Shown here: one piece after another, positions 10,368-20,000 of the stretch | Numbering within the stretch: position 1 is the stretch's first letter | Layout: every line of letters begins with the position of its first letter | Translations under genes and position numbers: made by a program | The notes under the pieces: model-generated | What the model was told of the DNA's origin: nothing | Databases searched by the model: none | The model's input: the letters and a program-made list of their open reading frames with translations, nothing else | Origin: Bacteroidales bacterium | GTDB taxonomy: Bacteria; Bacteroidota; Bacteroidia; Bacteroidales; Bacteroidaceae | DNA length: 64,000 nt | Direction of reading: 5' to 3' | Assembly: GCA_029227175.1 (NCBI GenBank) | Contig: JAQXZK010000137.1 | Coordinates: forward strand, 7,467-71,466

Positions 10368-11240
10368 ATGAAACAGACTTCTTTTTTCTTCTACCTCTTC
10401 CTTATTGCAATTTTTACCACTCCCCTTACCTCCTGTGTCAATTCCATCCATGAGCCGGAAGACCCGGCTGATAAGCCTCAACTGACAACAGTCACCTTTG
10501 GCCTATTTACAGAAGACATCATTCCCCTGACAAGAGCAGAAAATGATGTGGACTTGAAATACCTTTATGTGTTTGACGAGTCCAATGGCACTACAGAAAA
10601 GGTGCTGACACGGACAAAAGAGAATCCCGAAGACAACCCCTTATCTGATTTGTCCATACAGCTTTCCACCGGGAATCACACCATTTATTTCGTTGCTACA
10701 ACACGAGCATACGAGTCATTTGACAAGCAGACAAAATCCCTCACTTGGGGAGCAAACCTTGGTATTGTGTGGGCTCAAAGCATAAACATGACTGTGTCCA
10801 GCTCACAAAATGAGAAAAAGAATGTTTCCCTGCCCCTTCGTGTGGCGGGAATCCGCATCGTAATGGAAGATGCTATTCCTTCGAATATGTCGTATATGGT
10901 TCAGAATGTCACAGCATATAGCAAGACACTTAATCTCTCCACCATGTCCGGACAAAACCCCGCTCCATACAGTCGCCGAGCGGCAATGCCTACATCACTT
11001 CTCGGACAAAGAAACATCAAGTTAGATTTATACACCTTCGTCCCTCCTGTCGGCTCAGTCGGGGATATGACAGCAACAGCCTATGATGCCGGCGACGTTG
11101 CCATTGCAAGCAAAAGTTTTACTAACGTCACCGTTACAAGCGGACATTTCCACCAATATTCCGGAAACTTCTTCTCCAATAACCAGAGCATCGGAATGGA
11201 GATTGAGACAAGTTGGATTTATAATGACGAAAGATATTAA
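10368..11240 (+). CDS. Lipoprotein, putative FimB/Mfa2-like (type V pilin-like) subunit
   Basis: Lipobox LTSC; PLTRA motif; beta-rich; C-terminal YSGNFF..W strand. Confidence 0.55.
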   Translation: MKQTSFFFYLFLIAIFTTPLTSCVNSIHEPEDPADKPQLTTVTFGLFTEDIIPLTRAENDVDLKYLYVFDESNGTTEKVLTRTKENPEDNPLSDLSIQLSTGNHTIYFVATTRAYESFDKQTKSLTWGANLGIVWAQSINMTVSSSQNEKKNVSLPLRVAGIRIVMEDAIPSNMSYMVQNVTAYSKTLNLSTMSGQNPAPYSRRAAMPTSLLGQRNIKLDLYTFVPPVGSVGDMTATAYDAGDVAIASKSFTNVTVTSGHFHQYSGNFFSNNQSIGMEIETSWIYNDERY

Positions 11241-11253
11241 AAAAGCAATCTCC

Positions 11254-12093
11254 ATGAAAAAACATTTCTTCGCAATCCTTGCGACAATCTGCTGCATATC
11301 TTGCACAAACCCAATGATCGACACTGAAGAAGATACCAAAAGCATAACCTTCCAACTCTTTGAGCGTACAGAAACGCCCATGACACGAGCAAGTTCCAGT
11401 AGTGCCCAATATTTACTGATAATCGATGAATGTAATGACACTATCATGAATGTGACCCCGGACGGACACACAGGTGCCAACACTTTAGACAATGTAACCC
11501 TTCACCTCAAGTATGGAGCACACAAACTATACTTTGTGACTTACGATTCTCCTTATAAAACGTTGGACTTGGCCAACCTCAAACTCACTTGGCAAAAAGA
11601 CACCAAGAAACTCAAAAATGTTCACACCGCCACCAAAGAGATATCCGTTACTAAAAATACGATAGCCAACCAGTCCATCGAGCTGGAAAGGAAGGTCAGC
11701 CTTATCGAAATCAAATTTACGGACGAGATTCCTGCCAATCTGGCCAAAATCAAAATGAACATAACCGGACTGAGCTGGACCTACGACCTGAAAAACAACA
11801 AAGGCATTGATGCCGGTGTCTACGAAGAAACGATAACAGAGGTCTCAAGTATCATCGGTACAACGAACACCTCCTTGTATGTCTATACCTTTATTCCGGA
11901 AACAGGAGTCATTGGCAATTATACCATTACGGCCTACGACTCAAGCGATCAGGTCATTAAAACGCAGACCATAACCGGCGTAAGCGTGACAGCCAATAAA
12001 CACATCACCTATAGCGGAGACTTCTTCTCCAACGATGCTCCATTCAGCTTTACAGTAAACGACACTTGGGATACAGAAGACCGGAACTTATAA
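11254..12093 (+). CDS. Lipoprotein, putative FimB/Mfa2-like subunit, paralog of the upstream gene
   Basis: Start MKKHFF; lipobox CISC; PMTRA; shares LYTFVP/VYTFIP, TAYD and YSG(N/D)FFSN blocks with 10368..11240. Confidence 0.55.
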   Translation: MKKHFFAILATICCISCTNPMIDTEEDTKSITFQLFERTETPMTRASSSSAQYLLIIDECNDTIMNVTPDGHTGANTLDNVTLHLKYGAHKLYFVTYDSPYKTLDLANLKLTWQKDTKKLKNVHTATKEISVTKNTIANQSIELERKVSLIEIKFTDEIPANLAKIKMNITGLSWTYDLKNNKGIDAGVYEETITEVSSIIGTTNTSLYVYTFIPETGVIGNYTITAYDSSDQVIKTQTITGVSVTANKHITYSGDFFSNDAPFSFTVNDTWDTEDRNL

Positions 12094-12177
12094 CCCCGGA
12101 CTTTAACCCTACGCCAACAAAATAACAGTTCAACATTTTTTTCTATCAATTTGTTTTTTCATTAAAAAGATAAAAAC

Positions 12178-12185
12178 TACTTTTG
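12178..12185 (+). promoter_or_regulatory. -7 promoter box immediately upstream of the cobalamin riboswitch
   Basis: TACTTTTG, 3 bp before the riboswitch P1 strand. Confidence 0.7.
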
Positions 12186-12188
12186 CAG

Positions 12189-12388
12189 CGTATTTGGATT
12201 TCAAGTCCACAATGTATGTAACATTGCCGGAGGAGAAACGAAGAGGGAACACAGTGCAAGTCTGTGGCTATACCCGTAGCTGTAAGTTCCATTACAACGT
12301 TGGTGTTGCATTCTGAACGCCACTGAATCCGATAAGGATTTGGGAAGGCGCAACGCCAGGAACGAAGCCAGAAGACCTACCAAATACG
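12189..12388 (+). ncRNA. Cobalamin (B12) riboswitch
   Basis: P1 CGTATTTGG (12189-97) pairs with CCAAATACG (12380-88); AGGGAACACAGTGCAAGTCTGTG, CCCGTAGCTGTAAG, GCCACTG...GGGAAGGC and B12 box AGCCAGAAGACCTACC. Confidence 0.92.
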
Positions 12389-12470
12389 TTTGTTATATTT
12401 GAAACACTTCGGGAAAAAGGTGGTTCGGACACAAAACGTAAATCGTTACATAAAGAGATTGGTGCATAGA

Positions 12471-14873
12471 ATGGCTGTTCACTTCTATGGCAACCATATT
12501 CGTATATCGGTATTATTTCTACTGATGTCGCTCGCCTTTGTAAACACATGGGCGCAGACCCAACCTATCATCTCCGGCAGAGTGACTGATGCGAAAGGCG
12601 CAGTGTTGCCCATGGCTTCCGTTGCAGTAAAAAGCACAAGCACTGGAACATATACCGACGATAAGGGGACATTCACCTTAAACGTAAAACCGGGAGTCCT
12701 TACGTTAATCGTGCAATACATGGGCTTTGAGACAGAAGAAGTGAAAGTTGACGCACGCAAGTCTCAACATCTTGAAATCAGCATGCACGAAAGTGGTTAC
12801 AACCTTGGCGACGTGACAATCACAGCCAAGAGTAACGAACAGAGGTTGCGCGAAGGAGCCTATGCCGTAAATGCGCTCGACATCAAGAGCATCGCAAGCA
12901 GCGTAACGAACCTGAACGAATTGGTGAGCCGCAGCAGTGGCGTTAATCTCCGTACCGACGGAGGTCTTGGCAGCAACTTTGAGTTGTCGCTCAACGGACT
13001 CTCGGGCAATTCCATCCGCTACTTTGTCGATGGCATTCCTCTGACATCAAAAGGGAATGGCGTCAACCTCAGCAACTTCCCCATTAACTCCATCGACCGC
13101 ATTGAGGTCTATAAGGGTGTTGTCCCAAGTTATTTGGGTGGTGACGCGCTGGGCGGTGCCATCAATATCGTAACGAAACAAGAGAAGAAGAATTTCCTCG
13201 ACGCCAGCGTCAGTGTCGGTAGTTTTCATACCTACACCGGCGAAGTCAATGCACAGATTGTCCTGCCCAAGAGTGGTATTCTGGTTCGCCCGCAACTCAA
13301 CATCATACACACGAAGAACGATTATAAGATGCACGATGTAGAGGTCTGGAACGCAGAAACCTCACAATACGAGACCGTCACCCGCAAGCGCTTTCACGAT
13401 GCTTATCACCACTATATGGCGCAAATGGAGGTCGGTGTGGAGAAGAAGAAATGGGCAGATGTCTTCCTCATCGGAGCAAGCTATACAAAGAACGATAAGG
13501 AACTGCAGACAGGAACCATCCAAACCATTGTCTATGGCAAAGCCGAGCGCCAGGAAGAAGCAATCAATCTACAGGCCAAATATACCAAGAAAGACTTCTT
13601 GCTAAAGAATCTCGCCCTGAATCTCTACGCCGGACACACGTGGGATAACAGTGTGACCATTGACACGACCTTCCATCGCTACAACTGGAACGGAGAATCC
13701 AAAGAGACGTCGCGCAACGAACTGACCGGGCGGGAGCGCAGTATGCGCCACTACAAGCGCCCAACCACTATCCTGCGAGGCAATGTGAACTATGTCTTCA
13801 ACGAACACCATTCCCTGAGTTTCAACTACCTGATGAGCAGAACCGGAAATCGGCGTTTCGATACGGCAGACGACTATTACCCCTACTTGAAAGACACTTT
13901 TGAAGAGACGAACGACCTCATTACGCGCCAGACTCTCGGACTTTCCTATGAACAATCATGGATGGACGGGCGATGGGTGAACTCCTTCTTTGTGAAGGAT
14001 TACGTCAATCACGTATCACTGGAGCAGGAAGACATACCCTCTATCACCGGGGCAGACAAAGCGGAGAAGAACGTGACCAAGAACAACGTGGGCGGCGGTA
14101 TCGGTACCCGGTTCACCATCATGGAACCGCTCCACGTCAAGTTGAGCTACGAGCGTGCCGAGAGACTCCCTCTAGCCCGCGAACTGCTTGGAAACGGCTC
14201 TACAACATATCCGAACCTGCTTCTCCGGCCGGAGAAAAGTCACAACGTGAATCTCGGACTGTTTGGGAATATTAAAACCGGGGGAATGAGTCACCTCTAC
14301 TACGAGGTCACGGCCTTCTATCGGAAGGTGACAGACTATATACGTCTACGCGTGAATGACAACGACGGCACGGCGCAATACGAGAACGTGAGTAACGTCA
14401 CGACCAAAGGCATCGAGGGGGAAGTCCGCTACAGCCTTGGGCGATGGCTTCAAACAACCGCCAACGTAAGTTTTCAGGAGAGTCTGGACATGAACGAGTT
14501 TCTGGAGAACGGCAGCACAAGCGCCACCTACAAGAACCGGGTGCCCAACAAGCCCTGGCTGAACAGTAACTTGGACCTGACGCTCACGAAGTACGACCTC
14601 TTCGGTCAGGGCGACCGCCTTCGCTTCAACACCCTGTACCAGTATGTCCACTGGTTTTACCTCTCCTGGGAGGGCTACGGCTATCTGCCCGCCAAAGCGC
14701 GCATTCCCAGTCAGCACATGGTCAACGCTTCGTTGACCTACTCCTGGCACCAAGAGCGATACAGCATTACCGTTTCGTGTGACAACGTGCTGGACAAACT
14801 GGCCTTCGACAACTATAAGCTTCAGAAACCTGGCCGCTCCTTCACTGCCAAGTTCCGCCTATACCTGAGATAA
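12471..14873 (+). CDS. TonB-dependent receptor with N-terminal carboxypeptidase-like domain, riboswitch-controlled
   Basis: Signal peptide from MAVHF (start uncertain); ISGRVTD N-domain; plug motif IDRIEVYKG..GGDALGGAINI; C-terminal PGRSFTAKFRL. Confidence 0.9.
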   Translation: MAVHFYGNHIRISVLFLLMSLAFVNTWAQTQPIISGRVTDAKGAVLPMASVAVKSTSTGTYTDDKGTFTLNVKPGVLTLIVQYMGFETEEVKVDARKSQHLEISMHESGYNLGDVTITAKSNEQRLREGAYAVNALDIKSIASSVTNLNELVSRSSGVNLRTDGGLGSNFELSLNGLSGNSIRYFVDGIPLTSKGNGVNLSNFPINSIDRIEVYKGVVPSYLGGDALGGAINIVTKQEKKNFLDASVSVGSFHTYTGEVNAQIVLPKSGILVRPQLNIIHTKNDYKMHDVEVWNAETSQYETVTRKRFHDAYHHYMAQMEVGVEKKKWADVFLIGASYTKNDKELQTGTIQTIVYGKAERQEEAINLQAKYTKKDFLLKNLALNLYAGHTWDNSVTIDTTFHRYNWNGESKETSRNELTGRERSMRHYKRPTTILRGNVNYVFNEHHSLSFNYLMSRTGNRRFDTADDYYPYLKDTFEETNDLITRQTLGLSYEQSWMDGRWVNSFFVKDYVNHVSLEQEDIPSITGADKAEKNVTKNNVGGGIGTRFTIMEPLHVKLSYERAERLPLARELLGNGSTTYPNLLLRPEKSHNVNLGLFGNIKTGGMSHLYYEVTAFYRKVTDYIRLRVNDNDGTAQYENVSNVTTKGIEGEVRYSLGRWLQTTANVSFQESLDMNEFLENGSTSATYKNRVPNKPWLNSNLDLTLTKYDLFGQGDRLRFNTLYQYVHWFYLSWEGYGYLPAKARIPSQHMVNASLTYSWHQERYSITVSCDNVLDKLAFDNYKLQKPGRSFTAKFRLYLR

Positions 14874-14902
14874 TATTCTTAACGTAAAAAACCATAGCAA
14901 CA

Positions 14903-16540
14903 ATGAAACAAATCAAACTTCTCTCCTGGGCATTCATTGCCATCCTCATGATGGGCATCTCATCATGTAGCGAAGATCTTCCCGAGCCATCCATCGAAGT
15001 TTCACGGGATACGGACAGTAACATCCAGGCATCAGGAGGTTCGTTGAACATCAGCATTAGTGCTAACGTAGACTGGACTGTCAAGTGCGATGCCGATTGG
15101 GTTACAGCCACCCCTTCATCCGGCAGCAACAACGGCACAGTCTCTCTGACCATCGCCGAGAACACCTCCTACGACTCCCGTTCTGCTAAGGTGACCATCA
15201 GCAGCAACGACCCGACAGTCGCCATCATCAAGGAAATCACCATCGCACAAGACGGTAAAGACAAGCCGACCTATCACTTTGACCTCATGGCCTCTGTCGG
15301 CGGAACCACCGGTATGTCTTCATCCGGTGTCACCTCAACCCTCATCCGCAATCTCTCCGTCGACGAAATAGAAGACAACACGAACACCATCTCTTTCAAA
15401 GGTATCGGAGTAGACATACAGGCCGAAATCAATTCCGAGGCCATCATCCACAAAGGCTATTACTACGAGGCTGCCCCGTTGAGCCAGTCTTGGTACGGCA
15501 AATACATCATCAACGACAACAAGCAGGTGAACACCGTAGCCCGATTTGAAATGGGCAAGTCCGTCTTCAAGGCCAAACAGTACACCCATGCCTGGATTGC
15601 AGACAATACCGTTGTGTACATCGGTGCGGACAAATCGGTAAGTAACCGAGGCTCAAACAAAGTGCTGACCAACACCATCCAATGGTCACGCGTGAAGGAC
15701 AACGGTACCACCCTCTCCCTGGAAGCAGAAGGTACCCTCGACCTGACAACGCCGACCAAGGCATTCAAGGAAGGTGGTGTAACAGCATTCTCCACCTCCG
15801 GACTGGCTGCATACCGCCCAAGCGACAACACCCTCATCTATGCGTTTGTTGACAACGACCTCACCGCCGAAACAGCCATAGACGGTGTCTTCATCGCCTT
15901 TATCGACCCCACCAACATGGAAGTAAAGAAGGTCATCTACGACAAGCGTGCCGATACGCTTGCCGGCACAGCTTACGGTGAACTGCAGCAGGACAAGCTC
16001 TTCTTTGACGAAAACGAAGACCTCTACATCGGTGCGGAACTGCTCATCCCGTGTACCAATAGTACCAGCTCAACTCCACAATACGGACGCATTCTCCGCA
16101 TCAAGAAAGGCGCGACCGACACCGACAAGGACTACCTCGGCTTTGCTGACTATCTGAACGGCAAGATACTTTCCATGGACTACCTCGGCAGCGGCAAGAT
16201 TGCCATGACCATGCAAGACCCGCTCAAGACTGGGCTCACCTCTTCTCGCGACTATTACGCTGGGTGGGGACAAAACGACTTGAGCATCTACTACGCCGTT
16301 TATGACATTGCCTCCGGCAAGGTGACCAACTTAGACGATATTCCCTTCTCACTGGGTTCGTTTACCGACCGTGTCGCCGTTGTCAACGGCAAGTGCTACA
16401 TAGCAAGCTGTCCGGACAGCAAAATCAGTGCCCCCTGCATCTACATCTATGACATTGCCTCCGGCAAAATCACCAAAGGTGCCCAAATCGAGGCCGGCTA
16501 TTACATCAATCGCCTGACTGTCGTCGACAACCTTAACTGA
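14903..16540 (+). CDS. Surface lipoprotein: N-terminal BACON domain plus probable beta-propeller (DUF4374-like)
   Basis: Lipobox ISSC followed by acidic SEDLPE; BACON pattern (WTV..DW...P.SG..NG.V...N.....R...T); beta-rich C-terminal ~420 aa. Confidence 0.7.
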   Translation: MKQIKLLSWAFIAILMMGISSCSEDLPEPSIEVSRDTDSNIQASGGSLNISISANVDWTVKCDADWVTATPSSGSNNGTVSLTIAENTSYDSRSAKVTISSNDPTVAIIKEITIAQDGKDKPTYHFDLMASVGGTTGMSSSGVTSTLIRNLSVDEIEDNTNTISFKGIGVDIQAEINSEAIIHKGYYYEAAPLSQSWYGKYIINDNKQVNTVARFEMGKSVFKAKQYTHAWIADNTVVYIGADKSVSNRGSNKVLTNTIQWSRVKDNGTTLSLEAEGTLDLTTPTKAFKEGGVTAFSTSGLAAYRPSDNTLIYAFVDNDLTAETAIDGVFIAFIDPTNMEVKKVIYDKRADTLAGTAYGELQQDKLFFDENEDLYIGAELLIPCTNSTSSTPQYGRILRIKKGATDTDKDYLGFADYLNGKILSMDYLGSGKIAMTMQDPLKTGLTSSRDYYAGWGQNDLSIYYAVYDIASGKVTNLDDIPFSLGSFTDRVAVVNGKCYIASCPDSKISAPCIYIYDIASGKITKGAQIEAGYYINRLTVVDNLN

Positions 16541-16581
16541 ACATATAGACTCACAAACAATTCTTCCTTATATATTTGAAA

Positions 16582-16620
16582 ATGGCTCTTTGTCCGCATC
16601 CCAAACGGATAAAGAGCCAT
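16582..16620 (+). terminator. Intrinsic terminator-like hairpin after the lipoprotein gene
   Basis: ATGGCTCTTTGTCCG...CGGATAAAGAGCCAT 15-bp stem. Confidence 0.75.
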
Positions 16621-16688
16621 GTGTGTTTTCCTCCCGGCTGTATTGTTTGGTAAAATATTATGACAATCGGCTGACTTTTCAGGAATGG

Positions 16689-16825
16689 TTCTGTCAAGAT
16701 GGCTTTTTGACCTTGCCATTTATATGATTTGGCAAGGTCGAATCATATAAATGACACAGCCGAATCATACATTCGACAAAGGCAAAGTTATCCCTCTCCT
16801 CATGTGCCACTACAGATATCTGTAG
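16689..16825. repeat. Four degenerate 22-bp units plus palindrome CTACAGATATCTGTAG
   Basis: Minus-strand units TCGAATGTATGATTCGGCTGTG / TCATTTATATGATTCGACCTTG / CCAAATCATATAAATGGCAAGG / TCAAAAAGCCATCTTGACAGAA; perfect 16-bp palindrome at 16810-16825. Confidence 0.7.
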
Positions 16826-16918
16826 AGGGGGTAAGGCCAACCTGACGAATTTCAAGCGCAAACGGTAAAATATATTTACGTCACGTACTCGGGTGTGTGC
16901 GTGAGACATCAGGGCAAC

Positions 16919-17473
16919 TCAGATGTCCGACAGCGAAAGCCTATGGCCGGAACACCGGCCTCGCATCATCTTGGGCGTCATGCCCGTCACCTGTTTGAAC
17001 TGTGCAGAAAAATGCGCAGGCGAGCTATACCCTAACTTGTAGGCTATCTCGCTTGTCGAAAGCCGGTTGTAACACAGCAGTTCCTTGGCATACTCGATTC
17101 GGTGAACGATGGCATAGCGCTCAAGCGTGAGGCCTTGTACCTCGCGGAATAGTTTGCTCAACGAACTGTAGTCCCTTCGCAGGCGTTCACACAGATAATC
17201 AGACATTTTGGGTCTCTCGCCATCCATGCGCACCCATTCGATTACCGCGAGCCTCATCTGCTCGACGAGCATGGAACGCGGGTCATCCAGCAGTTCAAAC
17301 CCCATCTCCTCCAGGGATTTGGAGAGCCTTTCCTGCTGCTCCGCCCCCAGTTCCTCCTTGATGTCGGCCATCCCCAAAGTTACCTCTCCGGGAGTGAGAC
17401 CTTCGGAAAGGAGTAGTGTCCTCACCGCCACGATGCAGCGAGGACAAACCATATTCTTGATGTTCAGCCTCAT
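16919..17473 (-). CDS. AraC-family regulator with N-terminal metal-binding CxxC domain
   Basis: IKNMVCPRC; C-terminal EIAYKLGYSSPAHFSAQFKQVTG. Confidence 0.9.
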   Translation of the reverse strand: MRLNIKNMVCPRCIVAVRTLLLSEGLTPGEVTLGMADIKEELGAEQQERLSKSLEEMGFELLDDPRSMLVEQMRLAVIEWVRMDGERPKMSDYLCERLRRDYSSLSKLFREVQGLTLERYAIVHRIEYAKELLCYNRLSTSEIAYKLGYSSPAHFSAQFKQVTGMTPKMMRGRCSGHRLSLSDI

Positions 17474-17788
17474 CTATTTGGAGGTCTTCTTTATATCGTA
17501 ACCTATCTTCTTGAATGCGGCAACAAAGTCCTTATAGGTCGCCTTCCTGCCGTCATAAACGATCGTGACCGACTGTTTGGCAAGGGAAGTCTCTATTTTC
17601 TTTGTCCCCTTTACGAAGCGTATGTTACGCTTGATTTTCTGCTCACATCCCTGGCAGTGCATCTGCGGGGTCGTGGTCACGACAAGTGTATCTGCCTTTG
17701 TCTGTGCGAACGCGCAGAGTGCGCACATCGCCAAAAGTACTGTTGAAATCGTCTTCTTCATACCATTCTGTTTTTTAAATCTTCTCAA
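17474..17788 (-). CDS. Exported heavy-metal-associated (HMA) domain protein
   Basis: Signal peptide; MHCQGC metal-binding motif. Confidence 0.88.
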   Translation of the reverse strand: MRRFKKQNGMKKTISTVLLAMCALCAFAQTKADTLVVTTTPQMHCQGCEQKIKRNIRFVKGTKKIETSLAKQSVTIVYDGRKATYKDFVAAFKKIGYDIKKTSK

Positions 17789-19769
17789 ACCTTAATCTTA
17801 CCCCTATATACGCCATGGCTCCCGCTATTGGCCCCCAGACCTGTGTGGCGTCAAAAGACTGCGACCACGGCTGGTGAGCATGCATGATGGGGTCTTGAAT
17901 CCTGTAATTTGTCAGGTTCTCGCCACCGAGATAGATACTGACGTGACGAAACTCACGGGTAACCTGTAACTGTAACTGGAAGTAAGCCGGGTATTTGGCT
18001 CTGTTATACAACACGCCCCCTCCGTTGAGCTGTCCGGTGAGGTCAAACTGCCACAGCTCCGTCGGAGTCTTGTAAGAGAGTGTCAGCAATCCCTTGTAGC
18101 GGGAAGTCAGGGGTTTCTGCCTGAGTTCTCCCCCATACGTACATTTAACGTCGTTCAGACGGAAGGCACCGGTGGCGGTGAATCCCTCAAAGAAAGGATA
18201 CGTCGCGTCAACCTGCAAGGTGTGGCTGTAACTCTTGCCACTCAGATTTCCAAACGTCAGGAAAAGGCCATCCTGCCCGTCACGAGGAGAGGTGTTTGTA
18301 TAGTCGATAACCAGCTGATTCTTGAAATCCGTGTAGTAATACTCGGCATTCAGTTCCAGATTCCGATTACGTATCGGGATGTTGAGGCCCGCCGAAAGAC
18401 CCATGTTCCAGGCTTCTTCCTGCTTCAGGTCTGATGCAAAGACAACCCGACGGCCACTTGCCAGCAAAGTGGTGTTTTCGGCCAGCGCGTGAGGCGTCCG
18501 ATAACCCTTTCCTGCCGAGGCGCGAAGTGTGAGCTTGTCGAGCGGAGAATACTTTATGTGCAGGCGGGGAGTAAGGAAACCTCCATGCAGTGTAGAGTAA
18601 TCCCAGCGAATACCGGGCATGACCGTCAGTCTCTCTCCAAGTTTGTAGGTATACTGAGCATAGACACCTGATGTCGTTTCCTTGTTTCCACCCGGCAGGG
18701 GGAGCTCAAGAGAACTTCGTTCGTCATAATAATCATGGTTAAGAGACGCTCCAACGCTTAAATTGTGCTCGTCCGTGAGGTCTGTCTCAAACATCAACTG
18801 CGCATAGCCGTTCTTTTGTGTCACATCATACTGCGTGAGTCCGAAGGTGTTCCAGCCATCATGCCACGAGCCCTGAAGCATCAAGGCAAGCGAGGTGTTA
18901 TGGTCCGCGTCCAGCGTCCAGCCGTTCTTCCACTGCACCTCATAGCGGTTGGTCTTCACGGAAGTGGTGTATGGCGTTCCACCCGCATCCGCCAGATGCT
19001 TCGCGCCCTGTCCGCCAATGCGCTCGTCACGCAGCACCCTCATGGACAACTGACTTATCCAAAGAGGAGACACATAAGCCCAGCGATGCATGAGGTTATA
19101 CTGTCTAATTTTGGGCATATCCATAAATCCGTCACCATTGCCATCATGCTCCGTCTGACGGTTTTCAAAATGCAGGAGTGTCGCCGTTGAGAGGCGGTCG
19201 TTGAGATGAATGCTTCCATCCACATTGACCTCCTGCTTCCATTCGCTGTCCAGATAGGCATTGGCGCGCACACCGTCTGTCGCCTGCGGCTTCAGGAACT
19301 CAATATTGATCTGTCCCGTCGTACTCTCGTAACCGTTCTTCACACTGGAAGCGCCCTTGCTCACCTGGATAGACTGCATCCAGGGACCGGGAACATAGCC
19401 GAGGGCATAGGGCAGTGACGCTCCACGCAGATTCGGGACATTCTCCGTCAACATCTGCACGTAAGTACCTGAGAGCCCAAGAAGCTTAATCTGTCTGGCA
19501 CCGGTCGCAGCATCGCTGTAACTGACATCGACCGAAGGATTTGTCGTGAACGACTCGCCCAAATTACAACATGCGGCCCGAATCAGCTGACTCTTCCCAA
19601 TAATATCCACACTCTCCACCCTCGACTGTGAGCGGGTACGCGAACTGACCCTGACCACAACATCCTTCAACTCATACTCATTGGCTATGCTGTCTGCCGA
19701 TTCCACCACCTGCGCGACAACGCCGGGCGGTACACATAGAGCCCAGATGATGGCAAGCACTACTTTCAT
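17775..19769 (-). CDS. TonB-dependent receptor of the metal-locus type
   Basis: RAACCNLGESF plug motif; C-terminal YIGVRL; start MKVV or MIRR (19787); -7 box TACTTTTG at 19816-19823 argues against the 19835 start. Confidence 0.88.
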   Translation of the reverse strand: MKVVLAIIWALCVPPGVVAQVVESADSIANEYELKDVVVRVSSRTRSQSRVESVDIIGKSQLIRAACCNLGESFTTNPSVDVSYSDAATGARQIKLLGLSGTYVQMLTENVPNLRGASLPYALGYVPGPWMQSIQVSKGASSVKNGYESTTGQINIEFLKPQATDGVRANAYLDSEWKQEVNVDGSIHLNDRLSTATLLHFENRQTEHDGNGDGFMDMPKIRQYNLMHRWAYVSPLWISQLSMRVLRDERIGGQGAKHLADAGGTPYTTSVKTNRYEVQWKNGWTLDADHNTSLALMLQGSWHDGWNTFGLTQYDVTQKNGYAQLMFETDLTDEHNLSVGASLNHDYYDERSSLELPLPGGNKETTSGVYAQYTYKLGERLTVMPGIRWDYSTLHGGFLTPRLHIKYSPLDKLTLRASAGKGYRTPHALAENTTLLASGRRVVFASDLKQEEAWNMGLSAGLNIPIRNRNLELNAEYYYTDFKNQLVIDYTNTSPRDGQDGLFLTFGNLSGKSYSHTLQVDATYPFFEGFTATGAFRLNDVKCTYGGELRQKPLTSRYKGLLTLSYKTPTELWQFDLTGQLNGGGVLYNRAKYPAYFQLQLQVTREFRHVSIYLGGENLTNYRIQDPIMHAHQPWSQSFDATQVWGPIAGAMAYIGVRLRFEKI

Positions 19770-20000
19770 TCCTTCTCTTCTTATCATAAATATACATTGC
19801 TTTGTCTTACGGATACAAAAGTAGGCATAAATCACGACTCCTTTCTATCATAATTATGGATTAAACTTATAACCGACACACATTTTATGATAGGCACACG
19901 CGCAAACATAGGTAATTCCTTCCGAAATCCAGGTAGTAAGCCTCTTGCTCTTTCTTCATTCCTTTGCAATCGAAAACAACATTCAATTATTATACATAAG

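Noticed and set aside
12390-12470. ORF-track N-terminal extensions (also 5498, 11083, 19835, 19887, 22810, 24283, 25121, 34265, 49156, 59328)
   Set aside because: They overlap upstream genes, promoters or riboswitch leaders; downstream ATGs give proper signal peptides or family N-termini.
12471-14873. Naming the receptor btuB
   Set aside because: The riboswitch implies B12-related control, but the sequence looks closer to another receptor class, so the symbol is withheld.
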